A DNA stretch of 64,000 bases, taken from the NCBI GenBank assembly GCA_033977065.1, contig JAXCHI010000002.1, forward strand, positions 256,001-320,000, written 5' to 3'. A program made the position numbers and the translations under genes. Under the pieces are notes generated by a model. That model saw only the letters and a list, made by a program, of their open reading frames with translations, did no database searches and was not told where the DNA came from. The DNA comes from Candidatus Algichlamydia australiensis (GTDB lineage: Bacteria > Chlamydiota > Chlamydiia > Chlamydiales > JAJFMI01). Below, in pieces: positions 50,958 through 60,368 of this stretch (position 1 is its first letter; the number at the start of each line of letters is the position of its first letter).

Positions 50958-52178
50958 ATGCTCATTACAATTTTAGTTCTACTTATCGTACTTTCAGGAT
51001 TTTTATCAGGTTCTGAGACCTCGCTTTTTTCTCTTTCGTCGATGCATATCAAAAGTTTTGGAAGCAGTAAAAAGAGAGGTGAGCAGGTGGCAGCAAGGCT
51101 TCTCAAATCCCCTCGCAAGCTCCTTGTAACGATTTTGATGCTCAATGTTGTCATGAACATCTTAGTGCAAAACGTGGTCTCCTCTATTTTTGGAGTTGAT
51201 GGTGGCTTTGTTCAAACTGTCGGGATTCCCCTTGCCCTCACCTTAATTTTCGGTGAGGTTATTCCCAAATCGATTGCGCTTCCTAATAATCGCAAAGTGG
51301 CACCAAAAGTAGCACCTATAATTCAATTTTTCGAGAAAATCTTTGCTTATCCTCGTGATCTTGTCACAAAAATTTGCAATTGGATCTCTCATCACTTCTA
51401 CTTTTTTTTACGACCCGAAGAGGAGATCTCTGTACGAGAATTAAAACACGCTTTGAAAACCTCTAAAGAGTACGGGATTTTGAATCTTGATGAAGCAAAA
51501 CTTTTAGGGGGATATCTCAATCTGGAAGAGGACCTTGTAAAGGAGTTAATGCGGCCTCGCGGAGAAATTCTCTATTATAATGTTCAGGACTCTTTAGATT
51601 CCCTTTTAAAACTATTTCGAGAAAAAGAGATCACACGTGTACCCGTTGTAGAGGGGGATCTTAACCAAATTAAAGGAATTATCTCTTCCTATGCGTTTTT
51701 AGAAAACCAGGAAAAAATTAAAAAACCTGTAGATCTCTATCCATTTTTACAAGCTCCGCTCTTTGTCCCTGAATCTGTTCCTGCTTCGCATCTGATTCAA
51801 GAACTTACAGAAAAACGGCTAGGCCTTGCGGTTGATGAGTTTGGTGCGGTTGCGGGCCTCATTACTTTTGAAGATCTAGTTGAAGTTGTAATTGGGCAAA
51901 TTGAGGATCCACATGATGAGGGCACGCTCTTCACCAAAGCAAAGGAGGATATTATCATCGCCAGTGGAAAGCTAGAGCTTTCAACATTGGAAGAGATTTT
52001 TGGAGTTGAACTGATTAGCCCTTCAAGTATGGCCACGATTAGTGGTTATCTTATTGAGATGATGGGAGATATTCCCAAGCCGGGACAAAAATTTGTGGAG
52101 AAGGGGCTGCTTTTTCACGTCTTAGCAGCAGATGAGAAACGTATCCGCCGCATATATATCAGAAAGGTTTCGCAATGA
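50958..52178 (+). CDS. CNNM/CBS/CorC hemolysin-family protein
   Basis: SGSETSLFS, FGEVIPKS, VDEFG..GLITFEDLVE. Confidence 0.92.
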   Translation: MLITILVLLIVLSGFLSGSETSLFSLSSMHIKSFGSSKKRGEQVAARLLKSPRKLLVTILMLNVVMNILVQNVVSSIFGVDGGFVQTVGIPLALTLIFGEVIPKSIALPNNRKVAPKVAPIIQFFEKIFAYPRDLVTKICNWISHHFYFFLRPEEEISVRELKHALKTSKEYGILNLDEAKLLGGYLNLEEDLVKELMRPRGEILYYNVQDSLDSLLKLFREKEITRVPVVEGDLNQIKGIISSYAFLENQEKIKKPVDLYPFLQAPLFVPESVPASHLIQELTEKRLGLAVDEFGAVAGLITFEDLVEVVIGQIEDPHDEGTLFTKAKEDIIIASGKLELSTLEEIFGVELISPSSMATISGYLIEMMGDIPKPGQKFVEKGLLFHVLAADEKRIRRIYIRKVSQ

Positions 52179-53383
52179 CTGGCAGTTGGCATTTCTTTTT
52201 AGTTCTCGTGATTCTCTCTATTCTTGTGCACAGCTTTTTCTCTATGATGGAGATGGCGTGCGTCTCCTTTCACAAAGTGCGCCTACACTACTTTGCTGAC
52301 CGCGGGAAACGACGCGCTGTGTGGCTCAGTAAACTCTTAAAAAATCCTACCTATCTTTTTGGAACTACCCTCATCGGTTTAAACGTCGCACTGCAATTTG
52401 GCTCAGAGTGTTCACGCCGTTTTTATGGCAGTATCGGTCTTTCACCCGATCTTGCCCCCATAACCCAAATTCTTCTTGTGCTCATTTTTGCTGAACTCTC
52501 TCCTATGTTTGCTGCTAGGCGTTTTCCTGAACATGTTGCGATGTTAGGTATAGGTGTGATCTATATCTGCTCACGCATCATGGCTCCGCTGATCTGGCTC
52601 TTAAACATTATCTGTCGCTTTGTACAAATTGTTTTGCGCTTGCCAAAATCTCCTCCAGAGTTTTTAACCCGTGATGAGCTGCAGCGCGCTCTAGAAGAGA
52701 GAGAAGAGCGAGGTGAATCTCAGGAAGAATTTGAGACAGTCTCTACAAACGTATTTGCCCTAAAGACAAAGAGTGTAGCCAATCTCATGGAGCCGCTGAA
52801 AGCATTCCCTGTTCTCCCTTTACAAACTACGCTACTGGATGCTAAAAATATCGTAGGCTCCTCCTTTTTTCTTGCATCGGGGAATGGTACAAAAGATATC
52901 ATCGGTGTGGGATATCCCCGCCATCTCCTTCATCATGATCCGATGGTTGCCCTTAAAGAAATTGTCATTACCCCCTGGTTTGTCACACATGACACCTCTG
53001 TATTTTCTATTATTAAAGAATTTCGGGTGAACAAACAGGCCCTAGCAGTTGTTGTAGGCGAGATAGGAGAGCCAGTTGGGGTGCTCACCTTAGAAGCGAT
53101 TGTAGAAGAAATTTTTCAAAATGGAAATTACAAGAAGCGTCCTAAACTCAAAAGCCAGCTCGATCGCACATTTCCAGGAAATACGCAACTTGAAGAGATT
53201 AGTAAAAATTATAATGTTGCTTTAGATGGCTCCAATGCAAAAACATTAGATGAGCTTATGCATGAAATTTTGGGCCACCACCCCACGAAAGGGGAAGTAG
53301 CCCATTATGGGTACTTTGAGCTGCGAGTGGAAGAGGCTCCTTTAGTGGGAGAGCTTCAGATTCGCATCACTACCCAGTTCTAA
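52175..53383 (+). CDS. CNNM/CBS-domain protein (second of pair)
   Basis: SFFSMMEMACVS, FAELSP, CBS-like and CorC-like regions. Confidence 0.9.
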   Translation: MTGSWHFFLVLVILSILVHSFFSMMEMACVSFHKVRLHYFADRGKRRAVWLSKLLKNPTYLFGTTLIGLNVALQFGSECSRRFYGSIGLSPDLAPITQILLVLIFAELSPMFAARRFPEHVAMLGIGVIYICSRIMAPLIWLLNIICRFVQIVLRLPKSPPEFLTRDELQRALEEREERGESQEEFETVSTNVFALKTKSVANLMEPLKAFPVLPLQTTLLDAKNIVGSSFFLASGNGTKDIIGVGYPRHLLHHDPMVALKEIVITPWFVTHDTSVFSIIKEFRVNKQALAVVVGEIGEPVGVLTLEAIVEEIFQNGNYKKRPKLKSQLDRTFPGNTQLEEISKNYNVALDGSNAKTLDELMHEILGHHPTKGEVAHYGYFELRVEEAPLVGELQIRITTQF

Positions 53384-53457
53384 AAAAAATTTGGCTTTTG
53401 TTTTATTGAAATTTCTTATACACTTCTTTGTAGTTCACTCAAGTCCCTTTATAAGTT

Positions 53458-54837
53458 ATGAAAAAAAAACCGACTCTAAATCTCTTCTTTTTGGTCATGA
53501 TTAATGTGGCCACAGTATTAAATATTCGAAATTGGCAAGTGATTGCTGAGTATGGCACAGCCTCGCTCACACTCCTGCTCCTATCTGTGATTATATTTTT
53601 TATTCCTGTAGCACTTATTTCAGCAGAGCTCGCAACAGGCTGGCCTAATCGCGGGGGGATTTTTGGATGGATCAAGCAGGCGATGGGGGAGAAGATGGGA
53701 CTTCTTGCGACCTGGCTTCTCTGGATTTCCAACGTTGTTTGGTATCCCACAATGCTAACCTTTACTGCAGCAACCTTCGCCTACGTCTTCAATCCACTTC
53801 TCTCTGAAAATACTTTTTATACCCTTGCTGTTGTCCTTGGAACAATCTGGGCAACAATCTTATTAAACTTGCGAGGCATGAAAGCGACCGGCTGGATTAC
53901 CACCATTGGTAGCATTCTCGGAACCTTTATTCCGGCCCTGCTCATTATCGGTTTTGGCATTTTCTGGTTTGCCACAGGACGAGAATCTTCTCTTGACTTA
54001 ACAGTAAGTGGCCTCGTCCCAAAAATTCAAGGCGTTGGCGGTCTTGTCTTTTTCATCGGTATTTTGCTTGGTTTCGCTGGTATTGAGATCACAGCTGTTT
54101 ATGCGAATGAAGTGAAAAATCCGCAAAAAGATTACCCCAAAGCGCTTTTCTATTCCGGCCTTGCCATTGTTGGCGTAACTCTTTTGGGTACACTTGCCAT
54201 TGGCATCGTCACGCCTAAAGGGGAAATCAACATTGTTACAGCCTCCATGCAGGCGATTGCCTATTTTTCCACATCGATCAACATGCCGTGGCTTGTTCCA
54301 CTTCTTGCCATTCTTGTAACCATCGGTGCCCTTGGAAATATAACCGCGTGGCTTGTCGGTCCAAATCAAGGACTTCTTACAGCTCTTCAAGAGACAAAAA
54401 AAATGCCCTTTCTAGCTCAGGTTAATAAGTACAATATGCCTCGAAATATGATGTTTGTGCAGGGGGGAATTATCTCCCTTCTCGCATCCATACTTCTTTG
54501 CATGCCAAAAGTCTCCTCCGCTTTTTGGATCTTAACAGCGCTCGCAACACAGCTCTACTTGATCATGTACATGATGCTCTTTCTATCCTTTATGATTTTG
54601 CGTAAGAGATCCCCTGACACGCATCGCCCATTCCAGGTGCCTGGAGGAAAAGCAGGTATGTGGTCGATCGGCGGTATTAGTCTCTTAGGAGCTTTTGCCT
54701 CCATTCTTCTGGGGTTTGTTCCACCAGAGAGCATTGAAACTGGAAATATATTTTTCTACGAGGGGTTTATGATTTTTGGGATAGTTCTTTTAGCTTCTGT
54801 TCCTCTCATACAACGCAAGCGTAGCTCTGTTGATTAA
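53458..54837 (+). CDS. APC-family amino acid permease (GadC-like)
   Basis: AELATGWP..GGIF.W, EVKNPQKDYPKA, RPFQVPGG; ~12 TM. Confidence 0.9.
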   Translation: MKKKPTLNLFFLVMINVATVLNIRNWQVIAEYGTASLTLLLLSVIIFFIPVALISAELATGWPNRGGIFGWIKQAMGEKMGLLATWLLWISNVVWYPTMLTFTAATFAYVFNPLLSENTFYTLAVVLGTIWATILLNLRGMKATGWITTIGSILGTFIPALLIIGFGIFWFATGRESSLDLTVSGLVPKIQGVGGLVFFIGILLGFAGIEITAVYANEVKNPQKDYPKALFYSGLAIVGVTLLGTLAIGIVTPKGEINIVTASMQAIAYFSTSINMPWLVPLLAILVTIGALGNITAWLVGPNQGLLTALQETKKMPFLAQVNKYNMPRNMMFVQGGIISLLASILLCMPKVSSAFWILTALATQLYLIMYMMLFLSFMILRKRSPDTHRPFQVPGGKAGMWSIGGISLLGAFASILLGFVPPESIETGNIFFYEGFMIFGIVLLASVPLIQRKRSSVD

Positions 54838-54878
54838 AATTTATTTTTGAAAAAATTTAACAAAGCTTTGTTTTAAGT

Positions 54879-55049
54879 CTCAGTACTGGACAAAAATTTT
54901 GCCAAGGGGAGCAAAGTGAACCAAAATCAAATCGAAGCAGTTGCGGTTCGAGCGACGAATCCATAGCCCATAGAGCTATGGATGAGGAGGAGAATCGATT
55001 TGATGAAGGTGCAGCTCTTCCATTGGGGAAATTTTTGTCCAGTACTGAG
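54879..55049. mobile_element. 171-bp palindromic MITE, family E
   Basis: Perfect 21-bp TIR CTCAGTACTGGACAAAAATTT; flanks GTTTTAAGT / GTTTTAAGC. Confidence 0.85.
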
Positions 55050-55115
55050 GTTTTAAGCTCGAAAATTGATTTTAAGTAAGCTATTATAAGGCAGTATAAG
55101 TGAAGGATAGGGAAC

Positions 55116-56732
55116 ATGAAAAAACTGCCCATAGGAATTCAAAACATAAAAAAAGTCTTGGGTGAAGAAGATTACCTATATGTTGATAAAACAGGCTTTA
55201 TTAAAAAATTAATTGACAGTGGAATTCCTCACTATTTCATGTCGCGTCCCCGAAGATTTGGTAAGTCACTTTTTCTCAATACCCTAAAAGAAATTTTTAA
55301 AGGGAATAAAGAGCTCTTCAAAGACCTTGAAATATATAAGAGTGACTATAACTGGTTGGAATATCCAGTCTTGCATTTTGATTTTGCTCGCATTAAAAGC
55401 CGCAATGGCCTTGATTTTGAGAGTGCATTAAAAAGAAAATTGGAGCAAATAGCTACATCTATTGGTATTTCTTCAAATATTTTTACTGTGCAAGAAGGAC
55501 TGGAAGCAATTATCACCAATTTAGCAAAAAGAGAACGAGTAGTAGTTTTAGTCGATGAATATGATAGTGCTATTATTAATAATCTTAGACAACCAGAAAT
55601 TGCCGAGAACAATCGAGACCTTTTAAGAGACTTCTTTGCTACTTTGAAAAGTCTAGACGAATATATTAAGTTTACTTTTGTCACAGGAATAAGTAAGTTT
55701 TCCCAAGTATCTCTTTTTTCAGGACCGAACAATCTAAAAGATATCACGATGGATTCAAGATACTCTGGGATGATGGGCTATACTGAAGACGAACTCAAAA
55801 GCTATTTTTCTCAGCACATTCAGTCAATTATTGAGCATCGAGAAAAAGAGGGGTACAGTGTTACTGAAGACACTATATTGGAGGAGGTACGTGTTTGGTA
55901 CAATGGCTATAGATTTTCTCGTGCAGAAGTGTGTGTTTATAATCCCTTTTCCACACTCAATTATATGGATGAAAAAGAGACAAAAACTTACTGGTATAGC
56001 TCTGGAACACCCTCGTTCCTAATTGACCAGGTAAATAGCTCTCCGCAATCCATTATTCCTTTAAGAGGGATGTCTGCAATAGAGAGTACACTCTCAGATA
56101 TCAGCAGGGTAGATAGAATCAACCTTGCTGCGCTTATGTTTCAGGCAGGGTACTTAACAATTAAAGGGTACAACCCTGAAGAGAGCTCTTATCAACTAGA
56201 TTTTCCAAATAAGGAAGTTAAAGATGCCTTTTTTAACTCTCTTTTGGAAGAATTTACGGAAATCGATCCCATTGAAATTAGCCGCAGCGCTCTAGAAGTT
56301 AAGAAAAGCTTAGAAAACTTGGATATCTTCTTGTTTATAAATACAGTGAATGCCCATTTTGCTAAGATGCCCTACCATGTTTTTGGGCGCGCAAAAGAAG
56401 GGTTTTATCAAGCGGTTTTCTTTACGTTCTTAGAAACAGCAGGTATTAAAACAAGCTCTGAAATAGCGACTAATATTGGGCGTATTGATCTGATGACAGA
56501 GACAGCTGAAGCAATCTGTATTTTTGAGCTCAAACTTGATAAAACTGCGGAGATTGCTTTAACCCAAACAGAAACAAAGAAGTATAAAGAGCGATTTGTC
56601 CAGAGCGAAAAAAACACATTTGTAGTGGGAGTTAACTTCTCTTCTAAGACTCGTAATATTAACGATTGGGAAGGAAAACTTTATTCAGCCTCAGGCCTAC
56701 TCGTAAAAGAGTTCTCTGCGAAAAATAGCTAA
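55116..56732 (+). CDS. AAA-ATPase-like protein with C-terminal PD-(D/E)XK nuclease (DUF1703-type)
   Basis: KLPIGIQ, YVDKT, RPRRFGKS, DEYD, WYNGY, YNPFS, GRIDL..IFELK. Confidence 0.92.
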   Translation: MKKLPIGIQNIKKVLGEEDYLYVDKTGFIKKLIDSGIPHYFMSRPRRFGKSLFLNTLKEIFKGNKELFKDLEIYKSDYNWLEYPVLHFDFARIKSRNGLDFESALKRKLEQIATSIGISSNIFTVQEGLEAIITNLAKRERVVVLVDEYDSAIINNLRQPEIAENNRDLLRDFFATLKSLDEYIKFTFVTGISKFSQVSLFSGPNNLKDITMDSRYSGMMGYTEDELKSYFSQHIQSIIEHREKEGYSVTEDTILEEVRVWYNGYRFSRAEVCVYNPFSTLNYMDEKETKTYWYSSGTPSFLIDQVNSSPQSIIPLRGMSAIESTLSDISRVDRINLAALMFQAGYLTIKGYNPEESSYQLDFPNKEVKDAFFNSLLEEFTEIDPIEISRSALEVKKSLENLDIFLFINTVNAHFAKMPYHVFGRAKEGFYQAVFFTFLETAGIKTSSEIATNIGRIDLMTETAEAICIFELKLDKTAEIALTQTETKKYKERFVQSEKNTFVVGVNFSSKTRNINDWEGKLYSASGLLVKEFSAKNS

Positions 56733-57805
56733 GTTTTTTGATACGGACTACAGGTTGTTTTTGTAATCAATTGATCAATCTCAGTTTCCGTCGTCAGACG
56801 ACTAAAAGATATGCGTAGAGAGCTGCGCACGCGTTCAAGGGGATAGCCCATTTCAAGCAGTATACGGGAGGGTTCTAGGCTGCCGGCTGTGCAGGCAGAG
56901 CCGTGTGAGACGGCGATGCCTTGGCGATCGAGTAGGATAAGGAGTTCTTCTGCAAGTATTCCTGGAAAGGCAATGTTAGAAACATTGGCTACTCGCGGTC
57001 CCTCTCCATTGACGTCTGGTAGCGCAGATTCAAGGCGTTTTTGCAGATTGCGCATGTGAAGAATTGATTGGTCATTAAGAAGCTCAACAGCTTTTGTAAG
57101 ACCTACGATCCCTAAAAGATTTTCTGTTCCTGGGCGAAAGCCGCGCTCTTGAAATCCTCCAGAAAAGAGAGAGCGAATTTTATGGCCTTTGCGAAGAAAG
57201 GCGAAACCTGTTCCTGTTGGGCCGTGAATTTTGTGACCTGAGAAGCCGATTGCAGCTACCCCGTCCGGAAGAGAGAATGGAGCTTTTCCAAACCAAGCGA
57301 CTCCATCGATAACAAGGGGAATAGCGTAATTTTGTGCAATTTTTGCAATAGCTTCTAAATCAAGTAAGACTCCGGTTTCATGGTTTGCTGCAGATAAAAC
57401 GATGAGTCCAGTGCTGGGAGTGATGGCGGATTCTAAAGATTGCGCAGTAGGAGCTCCCCAAGTTGTGACAGGAAGATAGTCGACCTGCTTATAACGTTTG
57501 AGGGCTTCAAAAACACAAGAGTGTTCAATTTTACTTGAGATAATACGGGGTCGATCAGGGTTGTAGAGACCGTGAATCAAAAGATTCATTGATTCAGTTC
57601 CACCGGAAGTAAAGAGGATTTCTTCATCTTTGCACTTAAGCGAGCTCGCAATGCGGGCGCGACACTCTGTTAAAAGTTTTTTTGCAGAGCGTCCGTACCC
57701 ATGCACACTGGAAGGATTGGCTAGAAATCCTTTCATTACCTCGTGCATCGCATGAGCGACTTTTGGGTCGAGGGGAGTAGTAGCGTTATTGTCTAGATAG
57801 CTCAC
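56729..57805 (-). CDS. nifS: Cysteine desulfurase (NifS/IscS family)
   Basis: YLDNNATT, FTSGGTES, SGHKIHGP, GSACT. Confidence 0.93.
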   Translation of the reverse strand: MSYLDNNATTPLDPKVAHAMHEVMKGFLANPSSVHGYGRSAKKLLTECRARIASSLKCKDEEILFTSGGTESMNLLIHGLYNPDRPRIISSKIEHSCVFEALKRYKQVDYLPVTTWGAPTAQSLESAITPSTGLIVLSAANHETGVLLDLEAIAKIAQNYAIPLVIDGVAWFGKAPFSLPDGVAAIGFSGHKIHGPTGTGFAFLRKGHKIRSLFSGGFQERGFRPGTENLLGIVGLTKAVELLNDQSILHMRNLQKRLESALPDVNGEGPRVANVSNIAFPGILAEELLILLDRQGIAVSHGSACTAGSLEPSRILLEMGYPLERVRSSLRISFSRLTTETEIDQLITKTTCSPYQKT

Positions 57806-58520
57806 GAATATGGTTTATTTGAATAATGATAATAGTAATATTATCATTACCACCCTTTTCTTTCGCGGATAAAATTAAATTTTTACACTTTTCTTCGGGA
57901 GAAAGGTTTGAGCCTAAAACTATAGAAATTTCTTCATTTTTAACTTCTCGAGTCAGTCCATCAGAGCAGATTAAGTATTGGTCATTTTCTCTAACAGGAA
58001 AGCTCTTTACGTCGGGAAAGAGGGTAGGACTAGGTCCGATGGCTCGTGTTAAAACCATTTTAGCTTTATTGGTTTTTGACGCACGCAAATGGTCACTTGT
58101 TAATCTTGAAAGCTCACCATCGCGAAAGCGATACAGTCTGCTATCTCCAACATGTCCCATAAAAATAAAGCGGTCGTAGAAGAGACAACTTGTGAGTGTA
58201 GAGCCCATCCCATTAAAGTGGGGGAAGCGCAGGCTCATTTCGTGCACACGCTCGTTCGTGTGAACATAAAGTTGTTGCAGGAGCGCGCACAGCTCTTCGC
58301 GCTTCCAATTTTTAGGAAGCAGAGTACGGCGCACCGATCCGAGAAAGTAATTAACGGCCTCTTTTGCTGCTATTTCACCAGCGTTGTGACCACCCATGCC
58401 GTCTGCTAGAACGTATAAATTATGGGAGGAGAGTGCACCGAAAAAGTCTTCGTTGTTTTTTCTTACGCAACCTTTGTCTGTTGCACCGTGGTATAAAATA
58501 TCCACTTCGTGGCCGATCAT
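57786..58520 (-). CDS. PP2C Ser/Thr phosphatase (chlamydial CppA-like)
   Basis: RKNNED, ADGMGGH, HVGDSR, CSDGL, GGNDNIT. Confidence 0.95.
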   Translation of the reverse strand: MIGHEVDILYHGATDKGCVRKNNEDFFGALSSHNLYVLADGMGGHNAGEIAAKEAVNYFLGSVRRTLLPKNWKREELCALLQQLYVHTNERVHEMSLRFPHFNGMGSTLTSCLFYDRFIFMGHVGDSRLYRFRDGELSRLTSDHLRASKTNKAKMVLTRAIGPSPTLFPDVKSFPVRENDQYLICSDGLTREVKNEEISIVLGSNLSPEEKCKNLILSAKEKGGNDNITIIIIQINHIRELSRQ

Positions 58521-58574
58521 GAGGACAGTATATTTGGTGTTTCGTTAACTTACAAGAACGAAGGTAAATAAAAG

Positions 58575-58846
58575 TTAGCAGGTTTTTTGGGTCGGGCTAC
58601 GCCCCGCACCCTTCGGCTTTTTTTCGCTTCGCCAAATTGTACTTCATTCGTCGCGCCGTACGCAGTACTGCCACGCCGTCTGAATTCCAATTTTGCTTTG
58701 CGATAACAACCCGTTGTTGCGCTCCGCGCTTCAATACAATATTCCTAGTGCGCGGAGCGGCCTAGAGGCACCAGCAGCCAGGGCAGTGTAGATGACACGG
58801 CGTGGCTGCAGTTTTTTGATTTGGCGCAGCCAGATAGAGACGAACT
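58575..58846. other. GC-rich structured intergenic element (ncRNA or mobile-element core)
   Basis: Multiple hairpins; 58591-58733 aligns with 6045-6190. Confidence 0.55.
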
Positions 58847-58848
58847 AA

Positions 58849-59700
58849 TCAACTATTCCCTGCTTGGATGAGCAACCATGTGGTGGTTGCTGCATTGAAG
58901 AGAATGTGGAGCGAAAGGGGAGCAAAGAGCGAACGCTGCCTCTCGTAAATAAACCCAAGAAAGAGTCCAAGGCCAAAAAGTACTGGGAGGAGAATAAAGT
59001 TAGCCACCTCCTGCTGTATGGAAAAGTGGAGCAGAGAGAAGCCCAGAGAGGAGAGGAGAATAGCGGATTTTGTGCCCAATTTTTTGCGTAGATAGCTTTG
59101 TAGTAAAAGGCGAAAAAGAAACTCTTCCACAAAGGGACCAATGAAGATGATGATCAGCACCATTGGAATGAGAAGATGAGGGTGGCCAATCATCTCTTTT
59201 AAAACCCGTACGGCAATCTGCTCAGGTCCTAGAGTACCGAAGATAGTGAGGACAAGGGCTGCTAAGGTTTGACTTAAGAAAAATATAAGGGGGAGAGAGA
59301 TCAGATAGGTAAGTAGGCCGATTGTAATATCATAGCCAGGGCTGGAACTGTTTTGATCTTTAAAGAGGTGTTTAATTGAATTTTTTTTACAAAATTTAAA
59401 GTAGAAAAAGAAGAGAAGGGGAATGAGGAGAAAGGCGAGGAAGTTCACATAAGCAAGAAGTTCAATAAGAGATGTAGTCGTCGCCTTATACTTCAAAACT
59501 ATAAGAGGAGAGAGGAGAGTTGTGCTGCCGAAATAGATGAAAAAGCCAATGGCAATGTCATACCAATAAAGAGGTACTTGCTCTGACCAATTTTGCGTGA
59601 TAGAAAAGTAGCCTTTTCGTTTTGCATAGTACAAAACAAGGAAAGCGATCAGTCCAAGAAGAAGGATCCCGCGAAGGGGGAGGAGCTCTTGTGGAGTCAT
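58849..59700 (-). CDS. CPBP (CAAX/Abi) intramembrane metalloprotease
   Basis: PFVEEFLFR, FSLLH, HILFN. Confidence 0.93.
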   Translation of the reverse strand: MTPQELLPLRGILLLGLIAFLVLYYAKRKGYFSITQNWSEQVPLYWYDIAIGFFIYFGSTTLLSPLIVLKYKATTTSLIELLAYVNFLAFLLIPLLFFFYFKFCKKNSIKHLFKDQNSSSPGYDITIGLLTYLISLPLIFFLSQTLAALVLTIFGTLGPEQIAVRVLKEMIGHPHLLIPMVLIIIFIGPFVEEFLFRLLLQSYLRKKLGTKSAILLSSLGFSLLHFSIQQEVANFILLPVLFGLGLFLGFIYERQRSLFAPLSLHILFNAATTTWLLIQAGNS

Positions 59701-60359
59701 CGGCTCTTTGCGAGTAAAATATATTCTTCTAAACGCTTTGTGATAGCGCGAGAAAACTGTGCATGCGCTAAACCAAAAGGTGTCACATGAAAGCTATATT
59801 TACCCCAGCCGCTTCGCGTGTAATCGACATTGGAGAGCCACTTTGGTATGTGATGCTTACGCTGAATAAGCTCTTGGAGAACGACCTCGGGCTCTTCACC
59901 TCGCAAGTCAATGATGCGCAAGCGCATTGTAAGCAAGAGTTCATGGGCTGTGCTCTTTTCGTTCTCCTCTTCAAAGTTTTCTTCCTTAAAGATGGGGGTC
60001 ATTTCATGGTCTACAAGTTCCATAAACACGACAAACTCATTCCCAGTAAAAGTCTCTTTTGCCCAAGTATACTCATTGCTAAAAGGTTGGTGACGCTCAT
60101 CAAGGTTCACAGTGAGTTTTGCTACCTCTTCATCCGAAATTAAGAAAACTTTCGACCGTTTGGAGAGCTTGTCTTCGATCGATTTGGTAAATTCGTCAGT
60201 GAGACTCCAGGGTAATTTCGCGTCGCTATGATCAAATACAGGAACAAGAGCAACAATAGGTTTGGCTCTGCCATCTACGTGAAAACGGCTGGAAACATCT
60301 CCACCACTACGGTAACAAGCAGTGAGTAAAAATAGAGAGAGAAACAAAAACTTTTTCAT
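59697..60359 (-). CDS. Chlamydial lipoprotein (CT253-like)
   Basis: Lipobox LTAC; KPIVALVPV, LPWSL, FVVFMELV; synteny. Confidence 0.8.
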   Translation of the reverse strand: MKKFLFLSLFLLTACYRSGGDVSSRFHVDGRAKPIVALVPVFDHSDAKLPWSLTDEFTKSIEDKLSKRSKVFLISDEEVAKLTVNLDERHQPFSNEYTWAKETFTGNEFVVFMELVDHEMTPIFKEENFEEENEKSTAHELLLTMRLRIIDLRGEEPEVVLQELIQRKHHIPKWLSNVDYTRSGWGKYSFHVTPFGLAHAQFSRAITKRLEEYILLAKSR

Positions 60360-60368
60360 AATCCCACA

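Noticed and set aside
54857..55132. 91-aa minus-strand ORF
   Set aside because: Lies across palindromic MITE E and overlaps the AAA gene start; no protein-like features.
58575..58846. tRNA, tmRNA, RNase P, SRP or 6S RNA
   Set aside because: No T-loop/CCA, GGGG start with tag frame, RNase P P4 or SRP domain IV signature recognised by eye; an Rfam search is still needed.
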